Positions 1-8,835 of a DNA stretch of 32,000 bases are shown here, piece by piece. The DNA lies in the NCBI GenBank assembly GCA_046497275.1, contig JAWOFX010000088.1, positions 1-32,000 of the forward strand, written 5' to 3'. Source of the DNA: Promethearchaeia archaeon. Lineage in GTDB: Archaea > Asgardarchaeota > Lokiarchaeia > Sigyniarchaeales > SOKP01. Position numbers and translations under genes: made by a program. The first letter of the stretch is position 1, and each line of letters opens with the position of its first letter. The notes under the pieces were generated by a model that worked only from the letters and a program-made list of their open reading frames with translations, did not search any database and was not told the DNA's origin.

Positions 1-1
1 G

Positions 2-139
2 TATTCTTTCAGTGAGATCATTCATGACAAAATCATTCCGTCTCTTAGATGTGTACTGAAAAATGACAAAGTAAAAAGAAGACAAAAAAAAGATAAGTTT
101 GATGTCAAATTCATTACGCATAAACGCACGCGTAATTAA
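2..139 (+). CDS. 3' end of a CDS truncated by the window edge (basic C-terminus; identity unknown, possibly transposase-like)
   Basis: Frame 2 is open from base 2 to TAA at 137-139 (YSFSEIIHDKIIPSLRCVLKNDKVKRRQKKDKFDVKFITHKRTRN*). Only 45 codons are visible, so it could be a chance ORF. Confidence 0.35.
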   Translation, partial: YSFSEIIHDKIIPSLRCVLKNDKVKRRQKKDKFDVKFITHKRTRN

Positions 140-191
140 GATTTTGTCAAATTCATTCCACATCTGTGACATTTTTTAATTACGTGTCACA
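25..191. repeat. Cluster of imperfect direct repeats and nested inverted repeats
   Basis: TG(A/T)CAAA(A/T)TCATT(C/A)C occurs at 25-39, 103-117 and 145-159. Inverted repeat ACGCGTAATTAA (128-139) / TTAATTACGTGT (176-187). Inverted repeat TGTGACA (165-171) / TGTCACA (185-191). Confidence 0.7.
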
Positions 192-271
192 CTTTTTTCT
201 CTTTATATCAATATTTTTATCATAAAAAAAATTCTTCATTAGTAAAACATTAATGTGGATGGATAAAATTT

Positions 272-1354
272 TTGAACATTATATCCCTTCTAATCATCTG
301 TATTTTTTATTCATATTCTCTTATTATTCTTTATACTGCTATCTTGGCAAAAGATAATGGAGATAAGGGAACATTTACTAATAATATCTCAAATTTTATC
401 ATCTTAGTATTCTCCCTCTCATCAAATATTATAATTATTAATTTCTCAGATCTCCCTAATATTGACTTTTTAGTATTTCCCTTCGATTTCTTAACAATTA
501 GTTTTTTGATAATCTTTTTTCCTCTTTTTTTTATCTTCATTTTTAATGAAAAGCGTAAATTTGATAGAAATAAGAATCTCCCGAAATTAAAGGACTGTTT
601 TTCCACTGGAAATGAATTACCTCTCAAATATGATATCTATAGAAAGCTTACACACTTAGTTGTACTAGGCGTGGTTCTATTTTATTTTAATTTTGGTTTC
701 TGGACCAAACATGTCTTTATCTATCTTGCTGAATTACTACCTGAGGATCTCTATGATCTTTTTTATTCAATTCTTTTAGCTGAAAGTAATAATATGGTTT
801 TTACCCAGTATCTTGTCGTTTTTCTTGTTAGCATTTCTCTATTTGGACTTTTAACTGCAGATTTCTTCCGTATCTTAAAACCGAAATTGTATCCATTAAA
901 ATCTGTGAATAAAATTTTAAGAGAAAAAGAACTTCATTTGCGATTAGGGCCTCAAATCTCGATGACAATCGGGTGTTTTTCTATAATCAATCTATATGGT
1001 TTATTTCAACCAATAGGACCTCTAATGATTTGTACAGGAATGGTTATCTCAGTATTTGGAGATATGGCTTCTAATCTCGTCGGAAGAGTATTTGGAAAGA
1101 AGAAAATAAGGAATTCACAAAAAACGCTTATTGGGCTTTATTCTGGAATGATCATTGGCTTTCTATCTGGAATCCTCTTTTTATTACTATTAAATGCTCA
1201 AGCAATGTTCGGCTTTCTCGGAATATTCTTTTTATCTCTTACTGGCGCAATTATAATTGGATTATTAGATTATTTTAACCTGGAAATAGATGATAACTTA
1301 ACCTATCCCTTTTTCGTCTCTAGTATACTATTATTCCTATCTTTTTTATTTTAA
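272..1354 (+). CDS. Polyprenol/dolichol/phytol kinase-like membrane protein (cytidylyltransferase-family membrane fold)
   Basis: Multi-TM protein with family motifs RKLTH, GDMASNLVGRVFGKKKI..KTLIG and IDDNLTYP; TTG start. Confidence 0.75.
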   Translation: MNIISLLIICIFYSYSLIILYTAILAKDNGDKGTFTNNISNFIILVFSLSSNIIIINFSDLPNIDFLVFPFDFLTISFLIIFFPLFFIFIFNEKRKFDRNKNLPKLKDCFSTGNELPLKYDIYRKLTHLVVLGVVLFYFNFGFWTKHVFIYLAELLPEDLYDLFYSILLAESNNMVFTQYLVVFLVSISLFGLLTADFFRILKPKLYPLKSVNKILREKELHLRLGPQISMTIGCFSIINLYGLFQPIGPLMICTGMVISVFGDMASNLVGRVFGKKKIRNSQKTLIGLYSGMIIGFLSGILFLLLLNAQAMFGFLGIFFLSLTGAIIIGLLDYFNLEIDDNLTYPFFVSSILLFLSFLF

Positions 1355-1475
1355 AATTTTAGAATTATATTTTAACTATATAAATCTTAAACTGAAATAA
1401 TAAAGAAATATTAATGGATTTATTAATTGATCAATTTGAAGATATAAATAATAATAATACTTAATTTACAAGACA

Positions 1476-1982
1476 ATGTCTCAAAAAAGTCTTAGAATAG
1501 ATAAAATACAAAAGGGAACTGTTATTGATCATATAAATGCTGGTTATGCCTTAACTATTTTGAATCTAACCGGTCTTGATGAAGCTTCAAACCTTATGAC
1601 TATTGGTGTAAATGTGTCTTCCAAAAAATATGGAAAAAAGGATATTGTGAAGATTGAAAATGTATTTTTAGATGAGGTTCAAATGCAGCAAATTTCCATA
1701 CTAAGTCCTAACGCAACTATCTCGCTTATTGAAAATTTTGAAGTAATTCAAAAAAGAAAAGTTGAAATCCCCCGAACTATCAAAAAGTTAATTGTGTGTG
1801 AAACTAAAACATGTATTAGCAATTCTTTAAAAGAACCTATCGACACCGAATTTAAAGTTCTTGAAGAAAAACCCTTAAAAATTCAATGCGTTTATTGCGA
1901 TAGAATTTATAAGCTTAATGAAATAAAATTTAAACCTCGACGCAAAAAAGGTAAATCAGTTAAACAAATAATACAATTATAA
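1476..1982 (+). CDS. pyrI: Aspartate carbamoyltransferase regulatory subunit
   Basis: LRIDKIQKGTVIDHI, KKDIVKIE, SPNATI and Zn ligands CETKTC...CVYC. Confidence 0.96.
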   Translation: MSQKSLRIDKIQKGTVIDHINAGYALTILNLTGLDEASNLMTIGVNVSSKKYGKKDIVKIENVFLDEVQMQQISILSPNATISLIENFEVIQKRKVEIPRTIKKLIVCETKTCISNSLKEPIDTEFKVLEEKPLKIQCVYCDRIYKLNEIKFKPRRKKGKSVKQIIQL

Positions 1983-2054
1983 CTTTCTCATAAAAATAAA
2001 CCGTATTTTTTAAGAGAAAAGAAAATAATATTCTATTTTTAAAAAAATCATATT

Positions 2055-2504
2055 TTATATTAGTCCAAAAATCGTGATGGTTAATGGATAATCAATCATA
2101 ACTAATAAAGTATGGAGTATTGTACTCACAATCATGAATAGGAAAAAATACATGCCCACTCCCGGCATTATGATGCTCTTCCAGTTCCATTCCTCTTTAT
2201 CATATCTAAATTGAAAGATAATAAAGCTCGCGAAGAATGGAAATACAAACCAGAAAAAAAGCATCCAAATTAACAATAACCATCCAACAAACCCTATTAA
2301 ACGTCCCACAAGAGCACAAATTGCCCCCGTTATTGCGCGAACCCAATATAGTTTTGTTTCTTTTTCTAATCGAATATCGATATCTTTCTGTTTACCTTTA
2401 GTTTCTTTCTTTTTATCTATATCTAACTTCTTCCTTCTTAATTCCATCATCCGCTTTCTTTTCTTTTTGATGTCGATTTTTTCCAGTTTATCCTTTTTTG
2501 CCAT
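2055..2504 (-). CDS. Small 3-TM membrane protein resembling the RAB5IF(OPTI)/EMC6 family, with a Lys-rich N-terminus
   Basis: YWVRAITGAIC...GFVGW...DKEEW...GVGMYFFLFM..STILHT parallels the RAB5IF pattern YWFRQ...DEEEY...GF...FALFM...YT (recalled from memory). Confidence 0.65.
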   Translation of the reverse strand: MAKKDKLEKIDIKKKRKRMMELRRKKLDIDKKKETKGKQKDIDIRLEKETKLYWVRAITGAICALVGRLIGFVGWLLLIWMLFFWFVFPFFASFIIFQFRYDKEEWNWKSIIMPGVGMYFFLFMIVSTILHTLLVMIDYPLTITIFGLI

Positions 2505-2578
2505 AACTATTTTTTTCTTACCTTTAATTATTATAATTAATAATATATCTCTTAAAGTAAAAAATTTGTTAAAAAAAT

Positions 2579-4636
2579 ATGAAGCGAACTTTCAGTAACA
2601 TTGATTGCTATGCAATAACTCGAGAATTAGATCAATTTTTATCAAAAGGCAATATTTCTAATATCTATGAAGTAGAGGATTTATTAATTTTTAAAATTAA
2701 CACTCCAAAAGGAAATAGAAATCTTATAATTAAGAAAGACTCTAGGATCAATCTAACTCATTATGATTACCCAATTCCAAAATATCCAAGTCAATATATT
2801 CAATCACTAAGAAAAAAAATAAGAAATAAACGAATTTTAGGAATCCATCAATACAATTTTGATAGGATTATAGTAATCGAACTAGGTAACAATGGTGCTG
2901 AACCTTGGAAGTTTATAATTGAGTTATTTAATAAAGGTAATTATATTTTGGTGAATGGAAATGATATAGTAATAATAGCAAAAAGATATCTAAAATTGAA
3001 AGATAGGAATATCCTCGCCAACAAAAAATATTCCTTTCCACAATCTTATGGCGAAAACTTTTTAGAAATTACTATGGATCAATTCAATAGCATAATTAAT
3101 GAAGATGAAGAGATTGTTAGGATTCTTGCTAGAAAAATAAATATAGCGGGGACATATAGTGAAGAAATTTGTTATAGAGCAAATTTAGATAAAACTATTA
3201 TCGGATCTAAATTACATGAAAATAAAATTGAGAACTTATATAAATCATTCAAAAATCTTAGAAATGATTTAATGTTTTCAGATATAAACGCACATATAGT
3301 ATATGATGATAAAGATAATCAAATTTCTGTCCTTCCTTTTGAATTAGAAATTTATAAAGACTTTACAAAAAAAAATTATCCCTCATTTAATAGAGCTGTT
3401 GATGAATATTTTTCTAGAATTGATTCAGAAAACGTAATTGAAAGTTCAAATGGGAAATTTAAAGAAAAGATAGCATCCCAAGAAAAAATACTCAAAAACC
3501 AATTAGAATATATAAATACATTAAAAGAAAAAAGTGAACAATATTATTCATACGGAGATTTTATTTACGCTAATTTCAAATCCTTAGAGAGATTATTAAA
3601 AGTTATCAGAGATGCAAAATCCAAAGGCTATACTTGGGAAGATATCGAAGAAAAACTGCAAGATGCTAAGAGGGAAGGGATGGATGGTACTGAATATTTC
3701 GATAGAATAGTCCCGTCAACCAGTGAAGTGGTTTTAAAGGTTGATGAAAGTGAAATTTATTTAGACATTTATAAGAGTATAGGAGAAAATGCATCAATAA
3801 TATACTCAAGAGGTAAAAAGTCAAAGGATAAAATCGTTGGAACCAAAAAAGCAATTGAAAAAACTAAATCTAAAATAAATAAATTACAACAAGAAAGAGA
3901 TATATTAGAGGAAAAAATAGATTTCCTAGTTAAAAAACCTGAAAAAAAATGGTATGAAAAATATAGGTGGTTTGAATCTTCAGATGATTATTTAGTTATC
4001 GGCGGAAGAGATGCATCTTCAAATGAGGCAATATTTAGAAAATATATTGAACCGAATGATTTGATATTACACACTAATTTTCCAGGTTCCCCCCTCGCTA
4101 TTATTAAAAATCCTCAAAATAATAAAATTCCTGAACAGTCATTAAGAGAAGCAGCTGCTTTTGTTGCAAGTTATTCGCAAGCATGGAAAGAAAACTGGGG
4201 TGTGGTTGATGTTTTTTATGTAAATCCAGAACAAGTTTCAAAATCACCTCCCTCTGGGGAATATTTACCTAAAGGTTCTTTTATGATCGAAGGGAAAAAA
4301 AACTTTATTCGAAATGCCAAGACGGAATTAGCTATTGGGATTGTATTCGAAAAAATTAAGATCAATACTGAAGAGTATGATTATATATCTTATCCTAAAA
4401 TAATAGCAGGGCCAATCAAACCTATTAAAAATAAAGCAAACAAGTATGTTAAAATTAAACCTTCCCGCACTGGAATTTCTAAAGGAAATTTGGCAAGGAA
4501 AATAAAAAACATTTTTTTGAAGAAAAGTGAAAAAGATCAAAGAAAATGGATTGATTTGTTATCTCTTGATGATCTTATATTAATGCTTCCAAATGGCTAC
4601 TCTAAGATAATTAATTCTAAGGAAAATTCTTTTTAA
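2579..4636 (+). CDS. rqcH: Ribosome quality control protein Rqc2/NEMF homologue (NFACT family)
   Basis: NFACT-N (FDRIIVIE, IELFNKGNYIL), a coiled coil, and NFACT-R (WYEKYRWFESSDDYLVIGGRDASSNE, VSKSPPSGEYLPKGSFMIEGKKN). Confidence 0.95.
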   Translation: MKRTFSNIDCYAITRELDQFLSKGNISNIYEVEDLLIFKINTPKGNRNLIIKKDSRINLTHYDYPIPKYPSQYIQSLRKKIRNKRILGIHQYNFDRIIVIELGNNGAEPWKFIIELFNKGNYILVNGNDIVIIAKRYLKLKDRNILANKKYSFPQSYGENFLEITMDQFNSIINEDEEIVRILARKINIAGTYSEEICYRANLDKTIIGSKLHENKIENLYKSFKNLRNDLMFSDINAHIVYDDKDNQISVLPFELEIYKDFTKKNYPSFNRAVDEYFSRIDSENVIESSNGKFKEKIASQEKILKNQLEYINTLKEKSEQYYSYGDFIYANFKSLERLLKVIRDAKSKGYTWEDIEEKLQDAKREGMDGTEYFDRIVPSTSEVVLKVDESEIYLDIYKSIGENASIIYSRGKKSKDKIVGTKKAIEKTKSKINKLQQERDILEEKIDFLVKKPEKKWYEKYRWFESSDDYLVIGGRDASSNEAIFRKYIEPNDLILHTNFPGSPLAIIKNPQNNKIPEQSLREAAAFVASYSQAWKENWGVVDVFYVNPEQVSKSPPSGEYLPKGSFMIEGKKNFIRNAKTELAIGIVFEKIKINTEEYDYISYPKIIAGPIKPIKNKANKYVKIKPSRTGISKGNLARKIKNIFLKKSEKDQRKWIDLLSLDDLILMLPNGYSKIINSKENSF

Positions 4637-5354
4637 GCCAATTCTTTATAATAGGAATATTTTGATAATTATCAAATAATATTCCATTAATTCCAAGAGA
4701 GATTAATTCTTTTATTTTTTTTATGGGTTCAGAATATTCAAGAAAATCCCATGTAAGCGCAAAAATTTTATTATTATGGCATATTTCGATAAATTCTTCA
4801 GAAATTTTACTAGACCTTAAGCTTATCATATCTAAAGAAGGATTTATATTCTGATTTATCTTATCCTCAAGAAAATCCTCTAAAGTAAGACCTTTTCCTT
4901 TCGTAATATTATAACATGTTTTTAATTCTTCGAAATCATTTTTAATTTTTAACAATAGGGCATAATCACGACTACTAATGATTGTTTGATTTAATAAATT
5001 TAAATTTTCGATTAAATCTATAACAACTCCTTCAATTCCTTTAATTTTCAATTCCACCATAAAATTGATTTCTTTTCTAAATTTAGTTAAGACATTTTTT
5101 AAAAGTGGAATTTGATCTCCTTTATTTCGTGTTCTAAGCTTCCTTATTTCTTTTAAATTAAATTCTTCAATCTTTCCTTTTTTATTAGTCACTCGATCTA
5201 TAGTCTCATCATGGAAAATAATTAATTTTCCATCCTTAGTTTTTCTTATATCAAATTCTATATAATCTGCACCAGATTTAATAGCTGCTCTAAAAGCTTT
5301 TATTGTATTTTCATCAAAATCCTTTCTTGTACCTCTATGTCCTATAAAAAGAAT
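4617..5354 (-). CDS. Glycerophosphodiester phosphodiesterase (GDPD); the true start lies upstream of the ORF-track call and is apparently ATT
   Basis: The frame stays open upstream of 5192 and encodes ILFIGHRGTRKDFDENTIKAFRAAIKSGADYIEFDIRKTKDGKLIIFHDETIDRV (HRG, ExD and HD catalytic motifs). An in-frame TAG lies at 5366-5364. No ATG/GTG/TTG precedes HRG. Confidence 0.9.
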   Translation of the reverse strand: MLFIGHRGTRKDFDENTIKAFRAAIKSGADYIEFDIRKTKDGKLIIFHDETIDRVTNKKGKIEEFNLKEIRKLRTRNKGDQIPLLKNVLTKFRKEINFMVELKIKGIEGVVIDLIENLNLLNQTIISSRDYALLLKIKNDFEELKTCYNITKGKGLTLEDFLEDKINQNINPSLDMISLRSSKISEEFIEICHNNKIFALTWDFLEYSEPIKKIKELISLGINGILFDNYQNIPIIKNWLKKNFP

Positions 5355-5377
5355 TTTAATCTCCTAACTTAACAATT

Positions 5378-5776
5378 CTATTCTTGAATAAGATAGAGAT
5401 ATAATAATATAAAAATCAAACCTAATAATGTTAAAAAGAAAACATATATGTTAAGAATAGATTGAATGATTGACAAAATGAATAATAACATCAAATTCTT
5501 CCAATTAATCGGTTTCCCGACTAAATCCCTATAATTTGCATATGAAATAGTCAAAAAAAGAAAAAAGAATAATATAATAACAGTTCTAACCAAAATTTCG
5601 ACAATATTTAATATTAAATTATTGAAATATCCTAAAGAGATAATTTGCCCATTAAAGAATAAGGATACTATAAAAAATATTCCTGATAGAATTGCTGTTT
5701 TAATTACTGTTTTATACCCGATATTTTCTTTTAGTTTTTTCTTATTCTTGATTTCTGATTTTTTTAATTTCGACAT
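5378..5776 (-). CDS. Hypothetical membrane protein (~4 TM)
   Basis: Basic N-terminus followed by hydrophobic segments. Its start overlaps the upstream stop (TAATG), suggesting translational coupling. Confidence 0.75.
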   Translation of the reverse strand: MSKLKKSEIKNKKKLKENIGYKTVIKTAILSGIFFIVSLFFNGQIISLGYFNNLILNIVEILVRTVIILFFFLFLTISYANYRDLVGKPINWKNLMLLFILSIIQSILNIYVFFLTLLGLIFILLYLYLIQE

Positions 5777-6594
5777 TAATAACCAATCCTCTCCATTTTT
5801 CGCTTCAATAGAATAATTTGATATATATAATAGCTATAAAATAAACCAATCATCGTGAATACTATACTAGTTAATGTAATGGCAACTATATTAAAATCTA
5901 ATTGGGGAGGCTCTTTTTGAGCCTCTAAAATATTAATTATGATAGTAGTGCTCCTCTCAATCCCATTAGGAAGGTCTGGGATATTTCCATGACTTATATT
6001 AAATGCATGGCTAGATCCATAACTTAAAGCAACATCATTTTCCTCATTTTGAGTTTCATCTGATTGTAAAGGAAATTTAAATTCAAAAGTAAATATCCAA
6101 TTCTCAAATCCCTCAGATTTTATACTTCCTGCTCCATTTCCCTCAATATCATCCTCAAATATATACTGACTGTTATTTAAATAAAGATCATTATATGAGT
6201 CTTGTCCGTTTGAAATATTAATCATCTTAGCATCAATAAAATCCTCTATAACTTCAGATGTGGAATTGGATATTAATATCGCTAAGAATTCTGAATCTCG
6301 TTGTTCAATTAATTCAAATTGAAATAAAAGATATAAATTGTTGTCTTTTTGAATACATTTTATATCTATAGGTAGACCATTTGTAGTTGAGGAGCCTAAA
6401 TATAAAGAGGTATTATATCGTTCAGCTTTATCCCATTCATCTGATTCTACCTCTCCATCAATGATCGGAGCATCTCCGATTTTTGGACTTATCTCAAGTG
6501 AAACTCCATATGCTCTTGAAACAGTAAAAACAGATAATATAAAAACATTTAGCAAAAGCACAATCAATATAATTTTTATAGTACTCTTTTTCAA
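5776..6594 (-). CDS. Secreted, membrane-anchored protein with a CBM9/DOMON-like domain
   Basis: Signal-peptide-like N-terminus, APIIDGEVESDEW..A motif, beta-rich body with FEFKFPL, and a C-terminal TM helix. Confidence 0.65.
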   Translation of the reverse strand: MKKSTIKIILIVLLLNVFILSVFTVSRAYGVSLEISPKIGDAPIIDGEVESDEWDKAERYNTSLYLGSSTTNGLPIDIKCIQKDNNLYLLFQFELIEQRDSEFLAILISNSTSEVIEDFIDAKMINISNGQDSYNDLYLNNSQYIFEDDIEGNGAGSIKSEGFENWIFTFEFKFPLQSDETQNEENDVALSYGSSHAFNISHGNIPDLPNGIERSTTIIINILEAQKEPPQLDFNIVAITLTSIVFTMIGLFYSYYIYQIILLKRKMERIGY

Positions 6595-6745
6595 AATATC
6601 CTTTCACTTCAACTACTTAATTATCTTTTCAATGTTAGTGATAATTAAGAGTTCATTTAATATTTTTCTTTCGAAGTTTTACAATAGAATTATGGAGCAT
6701 ATAAAAATTATTTTCTGATAATTTAAATCAGCATAATTTATTAAA

Positions 6746-7198
6746 TTATGAATTATTATTGATATAGGTAGGTAATACAACCATGCAATTGAATTTATTC
6801 ATATAGGCAATGATGTAATTAATAATTCTCATGATTTCTCTCTTATTCTCAGAATTATTATAGTTATAATCAGAGAATTCTTTTGGTCCTATTGCAACCA
6901 ACAGTCCAGATAAATCTTTTTCTCTTTTTATTAAAAACCAAAACGATTTTTCTTTCTCATTATCTTTTATAATTAATAAAATCCAAGGATTTAATGTCCA
7001 TTCTTGATCATCGGATTTTATTTTATCTATTGCTTTAATTACTTTATAATTTTTAGATGTTTTTATTGTTTTAAGTAAACTGTTGAAGTACGTCCTTTTA
7101 ATTTTCAAATAACCGTCAAAATATCTTTTAGCATCAAATAATTCAATTTTTTTATGAAAATTTTCATCTGTTTTTAAGCTGATTTCCCATTTTTTCAT
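6746..7198 (-). CDS. Hypothetical protein
   Basis: 150-aa ORF starting 1 nt after the upstream stop; no motif recognised. Confidence 0.7.
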   Translation of the reverse strand: MKKWEISLKTDENFHKKIELFDAKRYFDGYLKIKRTYFNSLLKTIKTSKNYKVIKAIDKIKSDDQEWTLNPWILLIIKDNEKEKSFWFLIKREKDLSGLLVAIGPKEFSDYNYNNSENKREIMRIINYIIAYMNKFNCMVVLPTYINNNS

Positions 7199-7199
7199 T

Positions 7200-7619
7200 C
7201 TACTTTTTCTCCGTTTTTAAGCCTATTACCTCAATTTTTAAGTTTCTAGTGATTGCTTTCAAATTTTTTAAAGCCTTATCAAAATTCTTTTTATATAGAT
7301 CTAAATAACATTCATAGAAAAATTTATCTCCTTTAGAAGTAAGACCTGAAGCGTGAATAATATTTAAATCTTTAATTATGCCTACTATATCATTTATTTG
7401 TTTCTCTGTAAACTTTTCTTCAAATATTGTAATTTTAAAAATCTCTTCATTCTGTATTGGATAAAAAGTTAATTTTAAGGAATTTATTGTTTTCGTCTTT
7501 ATTATAAGAAGATACTTTGAACTCCATAAATCTAAACTTTCTTTGATAAGCTCTTTGAATTTAACATTATTCAAATCATCAATTTTTATAATACTTGCGA
7601 AAGTTAGATTTTCTTCCAT
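7200..7619 (-). CDS. Hypothetical protein, possible ACT/ferredoxin-like C-terminal fold
   Basis: 139-aa ORF operonic with Pop5. IIHASGLT..GDKFFYECY resembles an ACT beta-hairpin (weak). Confidence 0.6.
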   Translation of the reverse strand: MEENLTFASIIKIDDLNNVKFKELIKESLDLWSSKYLLIIKTKTINSLKLTFYPIQNEEIFKITIFEEKFTEKQINDIVGIIKDLNIIHASGLTSKGDKFFYECYLDLYKKNFDKALKNLKAITRNLKIEVIGLKTEKK

Positions 7620-7628
7620 TTTTAATAA

Positions 7629-7979
7629 TCATCCATTTATATACATCGGTATTTTTTCTTTAAGTTTTTTTATTGTGCCGCTAGTAATTACTGGAGAAAA
7701 AATAACCCTTTTGTCTTTTATTCTTTTGATCAAACTTAATGCAGAAATAATTATTTCTTTAGTCTTATGCGAACATTGGATTATTCCATATTTATGCTCC
7801 ACATCTAATTTATGTATCCATAGTCCAATCTTATTTGCTGTGTTCATTCCATAATAATCCCAAATAATACTCCATAGTTTATTTAGAAATTCATTTTTAT
7901 TAAACACGTGAGAGGGTTCTATAATAATTTTAAATAAAATATATCTCTGTCTTTCATATCTAATTTTAAGTCTCACCAT
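7629..7979 (-). CDS. rnp2: RNase P subunit Pop5/Rpp14
   Basis: RQRYILFKI, LWSIIWDYYG, GIIQCSH and SGTIKKLK. Confidence 0.93.
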   Translation of the reverse strand: MVRLKIRYERQRYILFKIIIEPSHVFNKNEFLNKLWSIIWDYYGMNTANKIGLWIHKLDVEHKYGIIQCSHKTKEIIISALSLIKRIKDKRVIFSPVITSGTIKKLKEKIPMYING

Positions 7980-8691
7980 CTGAAATCAATTTTACACCTT
8001 TTTCTATAATATTTGGGTTTATCCGATTTTTAGCTCTCTCTATTAGAGAAACAACATTTCTATTAAACGCTCTTTTTACTTCTGGCATTGGAATATCTAT
8101 CAAAGTATTTACGATACTAATTAATGCTCTAGGATTTCTAAAATCATATTTATTTTTGAAATTTCCACTAATAATAAACTTGACCTTTCTACTCCTCGCC
8201 ATCTGTATAGATTTAAATAATATTCTAAACTCTTTTGATTGAGATTGTTTACTTTCATTCATTATTGATTTTAATCCAAACTCTATGTATTTTTCATTTT
8301 GATTAGCCAAAGATAATACCCCTTCTGAGAGAGTATTTAAGAGTTTGAAATTAGTATATGATAATAAATCTATTCTCGAATCTCTTGCGGCGATTAATTG
8401 AAGGTTTGGATTAAATGTTTCTATAGAAATAATATCTGAAACATGATTTACTTTCTTAATCTTTTTTCTGAATTCTTTAATATTTTGAGTTTTAAGATTA
8501 ATTCGATAATATATATTTGAATTAGATAATTTTTCTATTTTTTGTTTTATATCTTTACTTATTTCTTTGAAATAATCTATTGGTTCAATTATTATATAAT
8601 TAATTGATAATTTTTCGCAGAAATCTAATTTCTCTTTAATTTCTGCAAAATCATTAAAATTCACTTGTAATTTTGCTTCAAAATATGGCAA
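7966..8691 (-). CDS. rnp3: RNase P subunit Rpp30
   Basis: AARDSRIDLL, LANQNEKYIEF and IISGN...YDFRNPRALIS; overlaps Pop5; TTG start. Confidence 0.92.
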   Translation of the reverse strand: MPYFEAKLQVNFNDFAEIKEKLDFCEKLSINYIIIEPIDYFKEISKDIKQKIEKLSNSNIYYRINLKTQNIKEFRKKIKKVNHVSDIISIETFNPNLQLIAARDSRIDLLSYTNFKLLNTLSEGVLSLANQNEKYIEFGLKSIMNESKQSQSKEFRILFKSIQMARSRKVKFIISGNFKNKYDFRNPRALISIVNTLIDIPMPEVKRAFNRNVVSLIERAKNRINPNIIEKGVKLISDGET

Positions 8692-8835
8692 TAAATCTCA
8701 AACCTTTTCGAAAGTATAAATTTTGTATATTCCTTTAACAAAGATAATCAAAATTAAATAAAAAAATTTTATTATCATTGAATATTAGATTTTTCATCTC
8801 AAATACTAAAAATAACACCTCAAAAGTGTTTTTCT

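Noticed and set aside
25-160. CRISPR array interpretation of the three ~15-bp repeats
   Set aside because: The repeats are too short, the spacing is irregular (78 and 42 nt), and no cas genes are present.
253-360. Possible frameshift joining upstream ATGs (253/259) to the kinase ORF via the T-run at 269-273
   Set aside because: TTG 272 has a plausible purine-rich SD upstream and TTG starts are common in this window, so no frameshift is needed.
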